The notes below the pieces were generated by a model that had not been told where the DNA came from, made no database searches, and worked only from the letters and a program-made list of their open reading frames with translations. A DNA stretch of 64,000 bases from Selaginella moellendorffii (lineage: Eukaryota; Plantae; Lycopodiophyta): assembly GCF_000143415.4 (NCBI RefSeq), contig NW_003314297.1:744001-808000 (forward strand), read 5' to 3'. Shown here one piece after another: positions 61,756 through 64,000 of this stretch; the first letter of the stretch is position 1, and each line of letters begins with the position of its first letter. A program made the position numbers and the translations under genes.

Positions 61756-63428
61756 GAAACTCGTCTTCTCGCGAAGAATTGCACTCTAGCTTGTAATCTC
61801 CTTTTTGCCTCTTCCAGGATCGATCAAGCACGCCGGTCAAGTAGAACGCATCAATCAACAGTCGATTACATAACTTGTACAAAGAAAAATATCCAAAAGT
61901 AGTGTACGGTAGAAGAATATGCATTGAGAGGATTAACTCCAGATTTTAAGCAAAAGTTTTTTTTCAAACTTGACATAAATTCAAAGACGAAGTGTTTTTC
62001 TCGTCTTTGATCATTCTCAAACTTCGAGCTCTTCTCGCAAGTTATTCTACTGGGATTAAACTTCCTTTTGTTTGGGACATCCAAGAAAATTTTTTAACTT
62101 CTTTCATTTCGGATCGATCAAAGCACACACCGGTCAGGTAGAACACATCGATCGATCAACAAGCACCACAATTGACGAACTTGCAAACGTGGCGCACATC
62201 GGCTGTGTCCGCGTGTCAAGGTATCTGAACGGTTGGGATTCCATAAAACGCCGACGGCTGGAGATCTGCGGATGCGCGTAAACCACCGTTGGATACGACA
62301 TCGACGTCTCGAGATCCAACGGCGCGAGATGGCCGCGCCAAGATAACGGGCCCGATGAAGCCAGCTTGGTAGGGATCAACGACATCGAGGTGGCCTGGGC
62401 GATCGACGGCGGCGGTGATTTGTAGCGCGGAAACTCGACGGTCTGGATTGCCTCAAGCGCCCAGCCGTAGGGCCTTTGTTTGCCGCCTTGAATGCTGTGT
62501 TGCATTGCCCTCTTTTCTCATTTCTTCTTCTTTCTCCATCGTCTCGGCGCCAAAGATCTCGTTCGATTCATTGGCACTGGCGCGTTGCCCGATCGGCGCG
62601 TGTGGAATTCGGATCCTCTTTGTGGCGATCCAGGGCTAGATCAGGCGGCGGGGTCGTTTCTTCTGCGGGATCGCCGGCTGGGGCGCCCAGAATTTGGCGC
62701 CGATTAGGCCTCGCACGGCTTGCCCTGGGCGTGGAGCGGCAGGAATTGGAGCATTTCTTGTGCGATCTGTGGCGGATCAGGGATTGGGCGCCGGGAGGGT
62801 TTACATTGAGCTGCAGGTCAGTCTCGGATCAGATCTATGTGATGCCTGCTTGCCGATCTGCCGTGTGATCTGTGCCGGATGATTGCGATTGCGGGATTAT
62901 GCATTCCTGGGTGATCAGATCGCCGATCTTGCGCGGTCTTGGCACTGCTTGGCCTTGTAGGTCATCGTTTTGTGTGCGGACCTGCATTCTTTCTGCCTCC
63001 TTGGATCGTCGATCTCAAAGATCGGGAGATCTTGGGTGCCTGGGCTGCCTGGGATTGTCTGTTTGGGTTTAGTTTGTGGATCTTGGGTCTTTCTAGGCAA
63101 AGATCGCCTATCTTTCTCTTACGCTAAAGAAGATGCTTTGATGGTGTTTCCAGGATGCGCAAAAGCCCTTCTGGGTCCTCGTGGCTGGCCGACTGGAGCA
63201 GAGATCGATCCAAATGCGACGCTCTTGTCACGATTACAGGCTAGTGAGTTCTACAGTTTAGCGGCATCAACCGGGTTCTTTCCCTGGGGATCTTAAGCCT
63301 TGCATTAAGGTGGAAATGATGCGGTTTTCATTGCAATGACGATCTGCAGGCCTGGTGCCAAGAGATCAGCTTAAGATCTGGGGATCTTAGTAGGGATCTG
63401 TGAAAGTGAAGTAGCTCGTATCTCAACC

Positions 63429-64000
63429 ATGGAGAAGGTTAGCGTCACGTCTAGTACTACCGCGGGGGATTTCCCAGGAACTATGAAAAAGGTTGGTTTT
63501 TCCTCTCATTCTAGGCTGAGCCTCTACGTTTGCTTTCTTATTTCTTACTGTATTTTTGTATGGCTAAACTTCAGGTTAAGCACCTCATTGAGTCGGAGTA
63601 TTCATCAATGGATGAAGATAATGACTCGAAAGTCGAGATTGCGAAGCTCGGCGAGAGATCCGATGAGGAGTGGATCAAGCCCAAGCTCGAAAGAAAATCA
63701 GAGCTTTTAGACGGCAAAAGCCTGTGTGGACGGCTGGCGGTGATCACCTCACATTCTCCACCTCGCAATCACGCATCGGATGGCGCAGCTTCCTCGTCTG
63801 AGATGTCCCCTGGTGCAACCAGTCCGTCCAGGAGTTGTACGCAGTGTGGAGCGACCAAGACTCCACTCTGGAGAAATGGGCCTTGTGGTCCCAAGGTACT
63901 TAAATACTTTCCTTTTATCCTTTACGTTCTTCCAATCGGTGTAGAGATCTCTAACCTTGGGCTCTCTCCTCTTTTGGTGCAGTCTCTTTGCAATGCATGC
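63429..64000 (+). CDS. GATA zinc-finger transcription factor (runs off the window)
   Basis: CTQCGATKTPLWRNGPCGPK|SLCNAC split by an intron at the usual GPK/SLC position. Confidence 0.9.

Noticed and set aside
62400-63420. Several overlapping ORFs upstream of the GATA gene
   Set aside because: Low-complexity GATC-rich sequence typical of a 5' UTR/leader intron; no recognisable conserved uORF

Overview
Gene-dense land-plant nuclear DNA with very short (~50-70 nt) introns, two N-gaps (984-1260, 24221-24320) and PLS-type PPR relics. This profile suggests a lycophyte such as Selaginella (inference, not verified). Recognisable genes in order: NTF2 (partial), oleosin (partial), NOC2, kanadaptin/FHA, thylakoid signal peptidase I, dirigent protein, SPX protein, serine palmitoyltransferase LCB2, CCR/DFR-like reductase, ABC1K kinase, a ZF-HD zinc-finger fusion protein, an ERS1-type ethylene receptor, a MATE transporter, OSBP-related ORP, tRNA-Ser(AGA), NUP205, ERdj3A/TMS1-like DnaJ and a GATA factor (partial). 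Intergenic tracts hold a hAT-type MITE, Copia and Gypsy relics, a PPR pseudogene and other decayed ORFs. Best leads: (1) a 4-exon, 132-aa gene missed by the ORF track that resembles SNAPC5/SNAP19; (2) a duplicated SPX-LCB2-small-gene block with reciprocal gene loss and an internal inversion; (3) a dirigent protein with a Ser/Gly linker and possible GPI/membrane anchor, sharing a P1BS-containing divergent promoter with SPX; (4) a ZF-HD finger fused to an unknown domain instead of a homeodomain; (5) an ethylene receptor with Gln in place of the phospho-acceptor His; (6) a decayed NTPase(+possible nuclease) gene. All homology calls come from manual reading, not database searches.
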